64,000 bases of DNA from Hydrurus foetidus (lineage: Eukaryota): assembly GCA_900617105.1 (NCBI GenBank), contig UYFQ01000023.1, forward strand, positions 1 to 64,000, given 5' to 3'. Of the stretch, positions 1 through 10,162 are shown one piece after another. Below the pieces are notes generated by a model that saw only the letters and a list, made by a program, of their open reading frames with translations, searched no databases and was not told the DNA's origin. The position numbers and the translations under genes were made by a program. Each line of letters opens with the position of its first letter. Positions within the stretch are counted from its first letter, which is position 1.

Positions 1-71
1 AGGTTGACAGCGATCAACTCGGCAATGGCTGGCTCGTCTTCCACAATCAGGACGCGAGGGAGATGTTTCAT
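1..71 (-). CDS. phoB: Phosphate regulon response regulator, 5' fragment (runs off window edge)
   Basis: Reverse strand from ATG at 71 reads MKHLPRVLIVEDEPAIAELIAVN, a REC-domain start, directly downstream of phoU. Confidence 0.85.
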   Translation of the reverse strand, partial: MKHLPRVLIVEDEPAIAELIAVN

Positions 72-126
72 AACAGTGAAAAAGTGGTGAGGGCGGTGAA
101 GCGAACGATGGGGAGGGCCGTGAAGT

Positions 127-831
127 TCAGGCTTGAACAGCGGTTTCGATGTCTTCCATCGACGTGTGGCGCACATCGGTGCCTTTGACGATGTAAATAA
201 TCAACTCAGCGATGTTTTTGGCGTGGTCACCGATGCGCTCGATTGCCTTGGCGAGGAACAGCAAATCCAGGCTGGGCGAAATCGTGCGCGGGTCTTCCAT
301 CATGTAGGTGACGAGTTTGCGCATGAAGCCGTCGAACTCCTGGTCGATCAAATCATCTTCTTTCAGGATGGTGACGGCCACGTTGGTGTCCAGACGGGCA
401 AAACCGTCCAGCGCTTTGCGCAGCAGGCCCGAGGCCAGTTGTGCGGCCACCCGCAAATCGGATGACGGCAAGCCACGCCCGGCACCACTCTCGATGATGG
501 ACTTGACCATGCGGGCAATTTTGGTAGCCTCGTCGCCTGCACGCTCCAGGTTGGCAGTGGCTTTAGAGATCGCCATCAGCAAACGCAAATCACGGGCGGT
601 CGGTTGCCGACGGCCGATGATGTTGGACAAATCGCGGTCAATTTCGATTTCCATCGCGTTGACGCGCTGCTCAATGTCCAGCACTTGCGTCACGGTTTCC
701 AGGCTCAGGTGTGACAGCGCGTAGATCGCTTGGCCAATCTGCGATTCAACCAGCCCGCCCATCGCCATCACGCGGGAAGAAACAGCGTTGAGTTCGGCAT
801 CGAACTGGGTAGAGAGGTGTTTATCAGACAT
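127..831 (-). CDS. phoU: Phosphate signalling complex protein PhoU
   Basis: PhoU repeats (QPTARDLR, LERAGDEA, IERIGDHAKNIAE); follows pstB. Confidence 0.97.
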   Translation of the reverse strand: MSDKHLSTQFDAELNAVSSRVMAMGGLVESQIGQAIYALSHLSLETVTQVLDIEQRVNAMEIEIDRDLSNIIGRRQPTARDLRLLMAISKATANLERAGDEATKIARMVKSIIESGAGRGLPSSDLRVAAQLASGLLRKALDGFARLDTNVAVTILKEDDLIDQEFDGFMRKLVTYMMEDPRTISPSLDLLFLAKAIERIGDHAKNIAELIIYIVKGTDVRHTSMEDIETAVQA

Positions 832-868
832 GGTGTGCTCCTTCGGTGTTTATTTCAGTACTGAAGGC

Positions 869-1651
869 TTAGCCGAAACGGCCAGTGATGTAGTCTTCGG
901 TTTCTTTGCGCGTAGGCTTGAAGAACATTTGCTCTGTGGTGCCGAACTCAATCAGGTCACCCAGGTACATGTAGGCCGTGTAGTCGCTGCAACGTGCCGC
1001 TTGCTGCATGTTGTGGGTGACGATCACCACGGTGTACTCGCTCTTCAACTCGGCAATCAGCTCTTCAATTTTGGCGGTAGAAATCGGGTCCAGCGCTGAG
1101 CAAGGCTCGTCGAGCAGCAGCACTTCGGGCTTGATCGCGATGCCACGGGCAATGCACAGGCGCTGCTGTTGACCACCCGAGAGGCCAGAGCCGGTCTGTG
1201 TCAATTTGTCTTTGACTTCCGTCCACAACGCAGCTTTTCGCAAGGCCCATTCGACGCGCTCGTCCATGTCGGCGGCGTTGAGGTTCTCGAACAGCTTGAC
1301 ACCGAAAGCAACGTTGTCGTAAATCGACATCGGGAACGGCGTGGGCTTTTGGAACACCATGCCGACTTTGGCACGGATCAGCGCCACGTCTTGCTTAGAG
1401 GTCAGCAGGTTTTCACCGTCCAGCTCAATCGAACCTTCCGCGCGCTGCTCGGGGTACAGCTCGAACATGCGGTTGAAGGTGCGCAACAGCGTGGATTTGC
1501 CGCAGCCGGATGGGCCGATGAAGGCGGTTACTTTTTTCTCGGGGATTTCCAAGTTGATGCCCTTGAGGGCGTGGAACTTGCCGTAGTAGAAGTTCAGATT
1601 TTTGACTGAAATTTTGGAATCAGTCTTAGCAGGGGCGGTCATGGTGGTCAT
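869..1651 (-). CDS. pstB: Phosphate ABC transporter ATP-binding protein
   Basis: [34 protein letters not shown] and C-terminal [10 protein letters not shown]; start moved to the ATG at 1651 because the longer ORF overlaps pstA. Confidence 0.96.
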   Translation of the reverse strand: MTTMTAPAKTDSKISVKNLNFYYGKFHALKGINLEIPEKKVTAFIGPSGCGKSTLLRTFNRMFELYPEQRAEGSIELDGENLLTSKQDVALIRAKVGMVFQKPTPFPMSIYDNVAFGVKLFENLNAADMDERVEWALRKAALWTEVKDKLTQTGSGLSGGQQQRLCIARGIAIKPEVLLLDEPCSALDPISTAKIEELIAELKSEYTVVIVTHNMQQAARCSDYTAYMYLGDLIEFGTTEQMFFKPTRKETEDYITGRFG

Positions 1652-1698
1652 GGCAGTCTTGGAGGTAAGTTTGAATGGAGGCCGCGGTGTGGCACAGC

Positions 1699-2607
1699 TT
1701 ATTTCACACGGGTCACGTAGCGGGCCAAGATGTTCAGACCCAACACCGCGATGGTGATGAGGAACACGCCAGCCCAAGCCAACTGTTGCCAGTTTTCATA
1801 CGGGCTCATCGCAAACTTGAAAATAGTGACCGGCAGGCTGGCCATCGGCTCGCTGAGCGAAGATGTCCAAAACTGGTTGCTCAAAGCGGTGAACAGCAGC
1901 GGTGCTGTTTCACCCGCAATGCGGGCCACCGCCAGCAGTACACCCGTTACCACACCTGCGCGGGCAGCTCTCAAAGTGATAGCCATGATGACTTTCCACT
2001 TGGGCGTACCCAGGGCATAAGCAGCTTCACGCAGACCCGGTGGCACCAGTTGCAGCATGTTCTCGGTAGTGCGAATCACCACGGGGATCACGATCAGTGC
2101 CAGAGACACCGCACCTGCCCAGCCCGAAAAACTCTTGAAGCGCGACACGATGACAGCGTACACAAACAAGCCAATCACGATGGAAGGCGCTGACAGCAAA
2201 ATGTCGTTCACAAAGCGGGTGAGCGAGCCCAGCCAGCCTTTGAGGTCGTATTCGGCCAAGTAGATACCGGCCATCACGCCGATAGGGGTGCCCACGAAGG
2301 TGGCTAAACCGACCATTAAGAACGAGCCGTAAATCGCGTTGGCGATACCACCAGCTTCGTTCGGTGGTGGGGTGGATTCGGTCAGGGTCATCATCGTCAG
2401 GCCACCGAGGCCCAAGCGCACGGTTTCCCACAGAATCCAGGTCAGCCAAAACAGGCCAAACGCCATCGCCATCAGGCTCAGGGTCAGCGCGATCTGGTTG
2501 ACGCGCTTACGGCTGTTGTACTTGGCTTGCCGGGTGGCGTTCAGGGTTTGCCGGGCGATCAGTGAATCGCCGAAAGTTGACGTTGATGCTGAAGAAGGTG
2601 TGCTCAT
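1699..2607 (-). CDS. pstA: Phosphate ABC transporter permease PstA
   Basis: Multiple TM segments; LREAAYALG and [11 protein letters not shown] motifs. Confidence 0.96.
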   Translation of the reverse strand: MSTPSSASTSTFGDSLIARQTLNATRQAKYNSRKRVNQIALTLSLMAMAFGLFWLTWILWETVRLGLGGLTMMTLTESTPPPNEAGGIANAIYGSFLMVGLATFVGTPIGVMAGIYLAEYDLKGWLGSLTRFVNDILLSAPSIVIGLFVYAVIVSRFKSFSGWAGAVSLALIVIPVVIRTTENMLQLVPPGLREAAYALGTPKWKVIMAITLRAARAGVVTGVLLAVARIAGETAPLLFTALSNQFWTSSLSEPMASLPVTIFKFAMSPYENWQQLAWAGVFLITIAVLGLNILARYVTRVK

Positions 2608-3647
2608 GATTTTTTGCCTTCGCTCTTCTTGAGTTGCGAGAGCAGCACTTTGGAAAGCGAAAGCACCACAAAGGTAATGAAGAACAGCACCAGCCCGAGG
2701 TACATCAGCGCAGCTTGGTGCAGGCCTTCGCCCGCTTCAGCAAACTCGTTCGCCAATGCAGAAGTGATGCTGTTGGCCGCTTGGAACAGGCTGACCGAAT
2801 CCAGCTGGTTCATGTTGCCGATCACAAAGGTGACAGCCATCGTCTCGCCCAGTGCGCGGCCCAAGCCCAGCATGATGCCGCCGACTACACCGGCTTTGGT
2901 GTATGGCAGCACCACACGGGACATGACTTCCCAAGTGGTAGAACCCAAACCGTAGGCGGATTCTTTAAGCAAGGGTGGCGTGACTTCAAACACATCGCGC
3001 ATCACCGAAGCGATGAACGGAATAATCATGATTGCCAAGATGATGCCAGCCGACAAAATACCGATGCCCACAGGCGGGCCAGACACCAGCGTACCCAACA
3101 CAGGCACACCGGCAAACAGCTTTTGCAGCGGGCCTTGTACGTAGGTCGCCAAAATCGGCCCAAACACCAGCAAGCCCCACATACCATAGACAATAGAGGG
3201 AATGGCCGCTAGCAATTCGATAGCTGTCCCCAGAGGCTGCTTAAGCCATGCAGGGGATAACTCGGTCAAAAACAGCGCGATACCGAAGCTCACGGGCACC
3301 GCAATCAGCAGCGCGATGGCCGAGGTGGCCAGCGTACCGTAGATCATCACCAAGCCGCCGTACTCGTCCTTCACCGGATCCCAAACAGAGCTGGTCAAAA
3401 AGCCCAGCCCGTATTTGTGGATAGCAGGCCAAGCGCCCGCAACCAGTGACAACAAAATGCCAGCCAGCAAGGCCAACGTCAATAAGGCAGCGCCTTTGGC
3501 GGCCATGCCAAAGAGCTTATCGCCCAACTGGCCCAGGCCAGCGGCTTTGCGGGGAGGAGGATTGGTCATATCGCGTCTGTCGCTCCGGCTGGCAGACTTG
3601 CCAGACAGGTCGAACGGAGCCTGATTTACGGGAAGTGTAGAGGACAC
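2604..3647 (-). CDS. pstC: Phosphate ABC transporter permease PstC
   Basis: [38 protein letters not shown] start with AAGG upstream (start uncertain). Confidence 0.95.
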   Translation of the reverse strand: MSSTLPVNQAPFDLSGKSASRSDRRDMTNPPPRKAAGLGQLGDKLFGMAAKGAALLTLALLAGILLSLVAGAWPAIHKYGLGFLTSSVWDPVKDEYGGLVMIYGTLATSAIALLIAVPVSFGIALFLTELSPAWLKQPLGTAIELLAAIPSIVYGMWGLLVFGPILATYVQGPLQKLFAGVPVLGTLVSGPPVGIGILSAGIILAIMIIPFIASVMRDVFEVTPPLLKESAYGLGSTTWEVMSRVVLPYTKAGVVGGIMLGLGRALGETMAVTFVIGNMNQLDSVSLFQAANSITSALANEFAEAGEGLHQAALMYLGLVLFFITFVVLSLSKVLLSQLKKSEGKKS

Positions 3648-3680
3648 GGCTTGGGCCTTAGATGCAGGTTGTGTGCCGGT

Positions 3681-4763
3681 TTACTTGGTGGCTACGGATT
3701 TACCAGCGGCATCATGGATGTCACCCCATGATTTACCGATGATGGCTTTCACCGCGTCAGGCATGGGCACGTAGTCCAGGTCGTCAGCTACTTTGTCGCC
3801 GTTTTTGTACGCCCACTCAAAGAACTTCAGGCTGGCCGTGGCTTGCGCTGGTTTGTCTTGCACCTTGTGCATCAATATGAACGTGGCACCGGTGATAGGC
3901 CATGAATCTTTGCCGGGCTGGTTGGTCAGGATTTGGTAAAAACTCTTGGCCCAATCGGCACCTGCCGCAGCGGCTTTGAAGGCGCTGTCGTCAGGCGTGA
4001 CAAAGGTGCCTGCGCTGTTTTGCATCAGCGCGTAGGTCATTTTGTTTTGCTTCACGTACGAATACTCAACATAACCAATCGAGTTGGGCAAGCGTGAAAC
4101 GAAAGCGGCCACGCCTTCATTGCCCTTGCCACCTGCGCCCACTGGCCAGTTCACAGCGGTGCCCTCACCTACTTTGGTCTTCCACTCAGGGTTCACTTTG
4201 CTGAGGTAGTTGGTGAAGATGAAGCTGGTGCCTGAGCCATCGGCGCGGCGCACGGGGGCGATCACATCATCAGGCAGAGCCAGTGTGGGGTTCAGCGCCT
4301 TGATGGCAGGGTCGCTCCACTTGGTGATTTTGCCCAAGAAAATATCACCCAAAACAACACCATTGAGCTTGAGTTGCCCTGGTGCGATGCCTTTAATGTT
4401 GACAACAGGAATCACACCACCAATGACGGTGGGGAACTGCACCAAGCCTTTGGCTTTGAGTTCGTCGTCTTTCAAAGGTGCATCAGAAGCACCAAAATCA
4501 ACGGTTTTAGCATCGATTTGCTTGATACCTGCGCCTGAGCCTACCGATTGGTAGTTGATTTTGACACCGGTAGACTTGTTGTAGTCCGATGCCCATTTGG
4601 CGTAGAGCGGCGCGGGAAACGAGGCACCGGCACCCGTCACGTCCTGGGCCTGTGCGGTGTGCGCTGCTGCGATGCCAAAAAAGCTGATCGCGGTGGTCGC
4701 CAGAATACGGGTGAAATGGGTTTTAGGAGCGGTGCGGTTAGCGGTTTGGGTAGCGTTCTTCAT
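3681..4763 (-). CDS. pstS: Phosphate ABC transporter substrate-binding protein
   Basis: Signal peptide; GAGASFPAPLY, YQSVGSGAG, RADGSGTS; GAAAGG RBS before ATG 4763. Confidence 0.97.
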   Translation of the reverse strand: MKNATQTANRTAPKTHFTRILATTAISFFGIAAAHTAQAQDVTGAGASFPAPLYAKWASDYNKSTGVKINYQSVGSGAGIKQIDAKTVDFGASDAPLKDDELKAKGLVQFPTVIGGVIPVVNIKGIAPGQLKLNGVVLGDIFLGKITKWSDPAIKALNPTLALPDDVIAPVRRADGSGTSFIFTNYLSKVNPEWKTKVGEGTAVNWPVGAGGKGNEGVAAFVSRLPNSIGYVEYSYVKQNKMTYALMQNSAGTFVTPDDSAFKAAAAGADWAKSFYQILTNQPGKDSWPITGATFILMHKVQDKPAQATASLKFFEWAYKNGDKVADDLDYVPMPDAVKAIIGKSWGDIHDAAGKSVATK

Positions 4764-4816
4764 CAGATGACCTTTCACAGTTGAGGATGACTTGAGGGCG
4801 ACTGTAGAGAGACTTT

Positions 4817-4834
4817 ATGACAATGGCATGACAA
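4817..4834 (-). promoter_or_regulatory. Pho box upstream of pstS
   Basis: Minus strand TTGTCAT-gcca-TTGTCAT, 11-bp period, matching the PhoB consensus CTGTCAT-N4-CTGTCAY. Confidence 0.85.
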
Positions 4835-4839
4835 ATTAT

Positions 4840-4867
4840 GGTCAGTCTTGTGTCATTTTCACGTCAC
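4840..4867 (+). promoter_or_regulatory. Pho box half-site array oriented toward ppx
   Basis: GGTCAG (4840), TGTCAT (4851) and CGTCAC (4862) at an exact 11-bp period. Confidence 0.65.
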
Positions 4868-4947
4868 AAGCAGCACGTATCCTGTACGAACCTCTTTGCT
4901 AAAGCCATGAGTGCTATGCTGCCCGCCACCCCAAATACCACGCACTT

Positions 4948-6471
4948 ATGCAAAACGGAACACGCCTCGCAGCCGTCGATTTAGGCTCTAACAGCTTTCG
5001 CTTAGAGATTGGCCAGTTCGACAACGACCAAATTCACCGCGCCGAGTACTACAAAGAAATCGTGCGTCAAGGCAACGGCCTGGACGCTGACCGTAATTTG
5101 AGCCCCGAGGCGCTGCAACGCGGCTGGGAGTGTTTGGCCCGCTTTGGCGAACGTGTGAAAGGCTTCCAGCCCGCACAAGTACGCGCCGTGGCCACGCAAA
5201 CCTTGCGCGAAGCCCGCAACCGCGATGTGTTCATCACCCAAGGCCAAGCGCTGCTGGGCTTCCCGATTGACGTGATTCCTGGGCGCGAAGAAGCCCGGTT
5301 GATTTACCAAGGTGTCACCCGCCTGCTGCCCCAATCAGACGAGCGGCGCATGGTGGTGGACATTGGTGGGCGCTCCACCGAGATGATTTTGGGCCAAGGT
5401 TTTGATGCCCATGTGATGGAATCGTACCGGGTTGGCAGCGTGGCGTGGTCGATGCGCTACTTCCCGCAGGGTTTGTTCACCCCAGCGGCGTTTCAGATGG
5501 CCGAAATCGCCGCCACCGCCGTTCTCGACGAAGCCATCACCCTGTACCGCCCGGACACCTGGGACGTGGCTTATGGCTCTTCCGGCACGGTGGGCGCTGT
5601 GGCCGACGCTTTGAACGCCGCAGGTTTCCCCAAAGATGTGATTACCCAAGAAGGTCTGGATTGGCTGCGCGACAAGCTCATCAAAGCGCAATCGGTAGAC
5701 CGCCTGAAGCTTGATGGTGTCAAAGACGACCGCCGCGCCGTGATGGGTGGCGGCCTCAGCATCTTGCGGGCCCTCTTCAAACTGCTGGAAATCCCCAGCA
5801 TGCAAGCCGCTGAAGGCGCACTGCGCCAGGGCGTGCTGTACGACATGCTGGCCCGCGAAACCGATCAAACCGATCTGCGCGCCCGCACCGTTCGGCGCTT
5901 GGCCGATAAATTCGCAGCCGATGCGCCACAAGCCCAGCGCGTGGAAAAAGTGGCGTGTACCTTGCTCAGCCACCTCATGACAAATGACGGTGCGAATGGC
6001 AGCGCGACAGCCAAGCCCGGCACGCTTCAAGACCCCACCCAACACCTGAAAAAACTTGCCTGGGCCGCGCAACTGCACGAAGTAGGCAGCCACATATCGC
6101 ACAGCGAATACCACAAGCACGGCGCGTACATTCTGCAATTTGCCGATGCTCCCGGCTTTGCCACCCATGAGATGCAACGCCTGAGCCTGCTGGTGCTAGG
6201 CCACCGGGGCAAGCTGCGCAAACTGGAAGCCGATTTGGAAGACGAGGCGTTCATCCGCCAACTGCTTTGCCTGCGCCTCGCAGCCCTGCTCTGCCATGCA
6301 CGAAGTGACCCCGATTTAGCAGGCTTTAGCTTGCAACAACAAGGCGGTCAATTCATCCTGCGCTGCACCAGCGCCTGGGCGGCACAGTTTCCACAATCGG
6401 TGTATTTGCTGCGTGAAGAGTTAAGCGCGTGGCAGAAAACCGTGTGGACGCTGGATGTGCAGGTGGGGTGA
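4948..6471 (+). CDS. ppx: Exopolyphosphatase (Ppx/GppA family)
   Basis: AAVDLGSNSFR, EEARLIY, DIGGRSTE and HD-like LHEVG...HKHGAY. Confidence 0.95.
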   Translation: MQNGTRLAAVDLGSNSFRLEIGQFDNDQIHRAEYYKEIVRQGNGLDADRNLSPEALQRGWECLARFGERVKGFQPAQVRAVATQTLREARNRDVFITQGQALLGFPIDVIPGREEARLIYQGVTRLLPQSDERRMVVDIGGRSTEMILGQGFDAHVMESYRVGSVAWSMRYFPQGLFTPAAFQMAEIAATAVLDEAITLYRPDTWDVAYGSSGTVGAVADALNAAGFPKDVITQEGLDWLRDKLIKAQSVDRLKLDGVKDDRRAVMGGGLSILRALFKLLEIPSMQAAEGALRQGVLYDMLARETDQTDLRARTVRRLADKFAADAPQAQRVEKVACTLLSHLMTNDGANGSATAKPGTLQDPTQHLKKLAWAAQLHEVGSHISHSEYHKHGAYILQFADAPGFATHEMQRLSLLVLGHRGKLRKLEADLEDEAFIRQLLCLRLAALLCHARSDPDLAGFSLQQQGGQFILRCTSAWAAQFPQSVYLLREELSAWQKTVWTLDVQVG

Positions 6472-6601
6472 ACGGGCGAGTAAGCAGTATCAGCAGACAA
6501 GGGTGCTCACACGCAGCGTAAGCTGGCACTTGCTAAATCCCACCCAAAGCGTATAACGAAGTTGCCGGGGCTTTGCACCGTTCCGGGGATAAGGACACGC
6601 T

Positions 6602-6784
6602 ATGGACAGGTATATCCACCACGAGCATTTCTGGAACCGCGACCTGGGTGAGATGCTCAAAGAGGCGCTCAGCGGCGTTTGGACTTTGACGCTGGCTTTG
6701 TTCATGTTTGTGATGCTGGGCCTGCCGGTCATCATCCCCGGCTTGCTGATGTGGGTGACGCAAATCATCACGGGCTGGCCTTGA
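6602..6784 (+). CDS. Small (60 aa) hydrophobic membrane protein, hypothetical
   Basis: TAAGGA RBS; possible TTGCTA-16-TATAAC promoter at 6530-6557; long hydrophobic C-terminal half. Confidence 0.55.
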   Translation: MDRYIHHEHFWNRDLGEMLKEALSGVWTLTLALFMFVMLGLPVIIPGLLMWVTQIITGWP

Positions 6785-6795
6785 TTTGAAAAAAG

Positions 6796-6820
6796 GTACA
6801 AACGGTTTATACTGTTTACA
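6796..6820. promoter_or_regulatory. Palindromic operator overlapping the predicted -10 of the H1-like gene
   Basis: Near-palindrome AAACGGTTTATACTGTTT overlapping TATACT (6808-6813); TTGAAA at 6786. Confidence 0.5.
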
Positions 6821-6843
6821 CCTTTTAACTTTATCAAAACGCC

Positions 6844-7482
6844 ATGAACGCCACCACAGCTACAACCACTGCACCTACTCTTGACAACAAGTCCACCGCG
6901 ATGGGGGCCACCGCGGTGATTCCCGTTGTCAGCACGCCCGCCACATCTGCACCAACCAAAGTGGTCAAAGTACTCAAAGCCAAGCCCAGCCCTAAGCCTG
7001 TCGTCGCCGTCAAAGCCGTCAAGGTAGCGGTGAAAGCTGTTGTGGTGAAGCCAGCCGCTAAAGCCATCGCCAAACCCACTGCCAAGGCTGCGGGCAAAGC
7101 TGTGGAAAAAGCCGCCCAAAAATCCGCAACGAAAGCACCCGCAAAAGCCGTTAAGGCCACCAAAGTGACCAAGCCTGTCAAGCTTGCCAAACCGGTGAAA
7201 GCCTCAGCAACCGCCAGCGCTGCCAAGATTGAAAAAGCGCTGAAAGTTGAGAAAAAACCCAAGTTGGTACGTGACAGCTTTACCATCCCCAAGGCGGAAT
7301 ACGAGTTGCTGAGTGCCCTCAAAGCGCGGGCGATTCGCCTGAAGCAACCTGCCAAAAAGGGCGAATTGCTGCGTGCAGGCATCAAATTGTTGGTGGGTTT
7401 GAGCGATGGCGCTTTTCGCGCGGCGCTCTCCGCCATTCCAGCGCTGAAAACAGGTCGCCCTGCGGCTGCTCCAAAAGCTTAA
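6844..7482 (+). CDS. Histone H1-like Lys/Ala/Pro/Val-rich protein with a folded, RHH-like C-terminal domain
   Basis: Long KPAAKA/KAVK low-complexity tract followed by KLVRDSFTIPKAEY...KKGELLRAGIKLL. Confidence 0.8.
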   Translation: MNATTATTTAPTLDNKSTAMGATAVIPVVSTPATSAPTKVVKVLKAKPSPKPVVAVKAVKVAVKAVVVKPAAKAIAKPTAKAAGKAVEKAAQKSATKAPAKAVKATKVTKPVKLAKPVKASATASAAKIEKALKVEKKPKLVRDSFTIPKAEYELLSALKARAIRLKQPAKKGELLRAGIKLLVGLSDGAFRAALSAIPALKTGRPAAAPKA

Positions 7483-7946
7483 AGCAGCTCTGGTGACTGC
7501 ACGGTGACGATCACCGTTTGCCACTGATCGTCACGCAGGCGGCTGCGCAGCCACCAGACCGAGCCTTTTTTCACAGCGCATTCACTCGCCCGCAGCCCCA
7601 CCAGTTGGGCCACCGCTTCGCCCAGCGTGGGCTGGTGGCCCACCACCAGTACGGTGCCTTTGGCCGCAGGCCATTGCACCAGATCCAACAGCATTTGCGC
7701 ACCGTTCTCCGCCACAGGGGCGAGTTCGTCATGCAGCTTGAATTTACGGTCTAGCGCGAGCGCCGTTTGCTCGGTGCGGCGTGCAGGGCTGACCAGCACG
7801 CGGGCGCTTTCGGGCAACTGGCGGTCTAGCCACTGGGCCATGCGACGGGCTTGCTTTTCGCCTCTGGCGGTGAGCGTGCGGCGCAGGTCATCGCAACCGG
7901 GCACCCAGTCATCGGCTTCGGCGTGTCGCCATAAGAGCAAATCCAT
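7479..7946 (-). CDS. sixA: Histidine phosphatase SixA
   Basis: LLWRHAEA, LTARGEKQA, SPARRTEQTA and VVGHQPTL motifs. Confidence 0.9.
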   Translation of the reverse strand: MDLLLWRHAEADDWVPGCDDLRRTLTARGEKQARRMAQWLDRQLPESARVLVSPARRTEQTALALDRKFKLHDELAPVAENGAQMLLDLVQWPAAKGTVLVVGHQPTLGEAVAQLVGLRASECAVKKGSVWWLRSRLRDDQWQTVIVTVQSPELL

Positions 7947-7966
7947 AACTGATCCGTCCTTTTTAG

Positions 7967-10078
7967 TTACCTGCCCCGTCCGCGTCGCTCACCCAAAGCA
8001 CCGGCACCGCTGTAGCGGGCCATCAGCGCATCTTGTGCACCGTGCAGCACGGCTGGGGCACCTTGCAGGCTGCTGACGCGCTGGTAGTGGCCATCGGGCT
8101 GCAACACCCAAGCATCTTGGGTGTCGTACAAATAGGCGACCAAGCATTCGTCGATCACGCGCTGGCGCAGCACCGGGTCGGTGACTGGCCAGGCTAACTC
8201 GATGCGGCGCATCATGTTGCGGCTCATCCAGTCGGCACTGGACAAATACAACTCTTCGTCTTCTTCGCAGCGAAAGTAAAACACCCGTGAATGCTCTAAA
8301 AACCGGCCAATCACCGAGCGCACGCGGATGTTGTCCGTCAGACCGGGTACACCAGCGGGCAAGGTACACGCACCGCGCATGATGAGGTCGATCTTGACAC
8401 CCTGCTGCCCGGCTTTGACCAAGGCACGCACCAGCGCCTCGTCGGTCAGGGCGTTCATTTTGACGACGATGCGGGTGGATTTGCCCAAGGCTGCGGCTTC
8501 GCCCAACGCTTCCATTTTGTCCATCAGCTTGTCGTGCAACTGCGTGGGGGCGAGCAGCAATTGGCTCAACTTGGGCAATTTGCTTTGGCTGGCCAAGTGG
8601 ACGAACACATGCTCCATGTCCATCGTGAGCTGCGGGTTTGCCGTGAAGTGGCTGATGTCGGTGTACAGCCGGGCAGTAGACGGGTTGTAGTTGCCGGTGG
8701 ACAAATGCCCGTAGCGCCGCAGCGTGGTCTGGTGTCCTTTGCCTTCGCGGCGTGTGACCAAGAGCATCTTGGCGTGGGTTTTCAGACCCACCACGCCATA
8801 CACGACCTGCGCACCGATGGATTCGAGCATCTCGGCCCAGTTGATGTTGGCCTCTTCGTCAAACCTGGCTTTCAGCTCGACCACCGCGGTCACCTCTTTG
8901 CCCTGGCGCACAGCCTCTTGCAGCAAATCCATCAACACCGTGCTGCTGCCGGTGCGGTAAATGGTTTGCTTGATGGCGAGCACATTCGGGTCATGCACGG
9001 CTGCACGCAAAAAGGCCAGCACGCCGTCAAAGCTCTCAAACGGCTGGTGAATCAGCACATCGCCTTCTTTGAGGCGGTCAAAAAAGCTCTGCCCAGGGGC
9101 CAAATGCACCCCGTTGCTGGGAACGTAAGGCGTGAAGCGCAACGCGGGTGCGTCCATCAGATCGACCAATTCGCTCAGGCGCACCAAGTTCACCGGGCCG
9201 TGGACGCGGTACAGCGCCAAGTCAGGCAACTCGAATTGTTTCAACAAAAAGTTAGCCAAATGCTCCGAGCAACTGGCAGATACCTCCAGCCGCACCGCTT
9301 GGCCGTAGTGGCGGTGTTGCAGCCCTTCGCGCAAGGCGGTGAGCAAGTCATCAACGTCATCCTCATCGACATCCAGGCTGGAGTTGCGCGTGACGCGGAA
9401 CTGCGAAAACTGCCCTACATGGCGGCCCGTGAACAATTCGGCCAAATGTGCCCGAATCACGCTGGAGAGCGACACAAACAGCGTGCGTTTGCCCGACACC
9501 TTGTCGGGCAGGCGAATCATGCGCGGCAGCACGCGGGGTACTTTAACGATCGCAATATCGTTGTGACGGCCAAACGCATCAGCTCCTTCGAGGCGAACGA
9601 TGAAGTTCAGCGATTTGTTCGCCACCTGCGGAAACGGGTGCGCCGGGTCAAGGCTGACCGGGATCAACAGTGGGCGCACTTGGCGCTCGAAATACTGCTT
9701 CACCCAGCGCCGTTGCTCGTCGTTGCGCTCCCCTTGCGAAATGATGTGGATACCTTGCGCCTCGAAAGTGGGCAGCAGCAAATCGTTGTACAGCGCGTAC
9801 TGGCGGGCCACCAAATCATGGGCTGCAGCGGCCAGCGCTTCAAAGGTGGCAACCGAATACATCCCTTTGCGGTCATTGGCCTGTGCGGCAATCAGGTGAG
9901 GGGAAGCGCGGACTTCAAAAAACTCGTCCAGATTGGACGACACGATGCACAGGTAACGCAAGCGCTCCAGCAAGGGCACATCAGCGCGGTAAGCCCAGTC
10001 AAGCACCCGCTCGTTGAAGGCGAGGATGCTGTGGTCGCGGTTGAGAAGCTCAATGCTCCTCGGAAATGGCACATTCAT
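7967..10078 (-). CDS. ppk1: Polyphosphate kinase 1
   Basis: SNLDEFFEVR, AIKQTIYR, ELKARFDEEANI, KTHAK, GRFLEHSR, SSADWM. Confidence 0.97.
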   Translation of the reverse strand: MNVPFPRSIELLNRDHSILAFNERVLDWAYRADVPLLERLRYLCIVSSNLDEFFEVRASPHLIAAQANDRKGMYSVATFEALAAAAHDLVARQYALYNDLLLPTFEAQGIHIISQGERNDEQRRWVKQYFERQVRPLLIPVSLDPAHPFPQVANKSLNFIVRLEGADAFGRHNDIAIVKVPRVLPRMIRLPDKVSGKRTLFVSLSSVIRAHLAELFTGRHVGQFSQFRVTRNSSLDVDEDDVDDLLTALREGLQHRHYGQAVRLEVSASCSEHLANFLLKQFELPDLALYRVHGPVNLVRLSELVDLMDAPALRFTPYVPSNGVHLAPGQSFFDRLKEGDVLIHQPFESFDGVLAFLRAAVHDPNVLAIKQTIYRTGSSTVLMDLLQEAVRQGKEVTAVVELKARFDEEANINWAEMLESIGAQVVYGVVGLKTHAKMLLVTRREGKGHQTTLRRYGHLSTGNYNPSTARLYTDISHFTANPQLTMDMEHVFVHLASQSKLPKLSQLLLAPTQLHDKLMDKMEALGEAAALGKSTRIVVKMNALTDEALVRALVKAGQQGVKIDLIMRGACTLPAGVPGLTDNIRVRSVIGRFLEHSRVFYFRCEEDEELYLSSADWMSRNMMRRIELAWPVTDPVLRQRVIDECLVAYLYDTQDAWVLQPDGHYQRVSSLQGAPAVLHGAQDALMARYSGAGALGERRGRGR

Positions 10079-10144
10079 TCGATGTTCTACGTGTGTACGT
10101 GTAAAAAATTGGCAAAAAAATAGAATCTATTATGTGCTTCTCAA

Positions 10145-10162
10145 ATGACAGAAATGTGACAT
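10145..10162 (-). promoter_or_regulatory. Pho box upstream of ppk1
   Basis: Minus strand ATGTCAC-attt-CTGTCAT, near-consensus PhoB site about 67 bp upstream of the ppk1 ATG. Confidence 0.85.

Noticed and set aside
8534..10123. 529-aa plus-strand ORF
   Set aside because: Antisense shadow of ppk1; long shadow ORFs are expected in high-GC3 genes and it has no recognisable motifs
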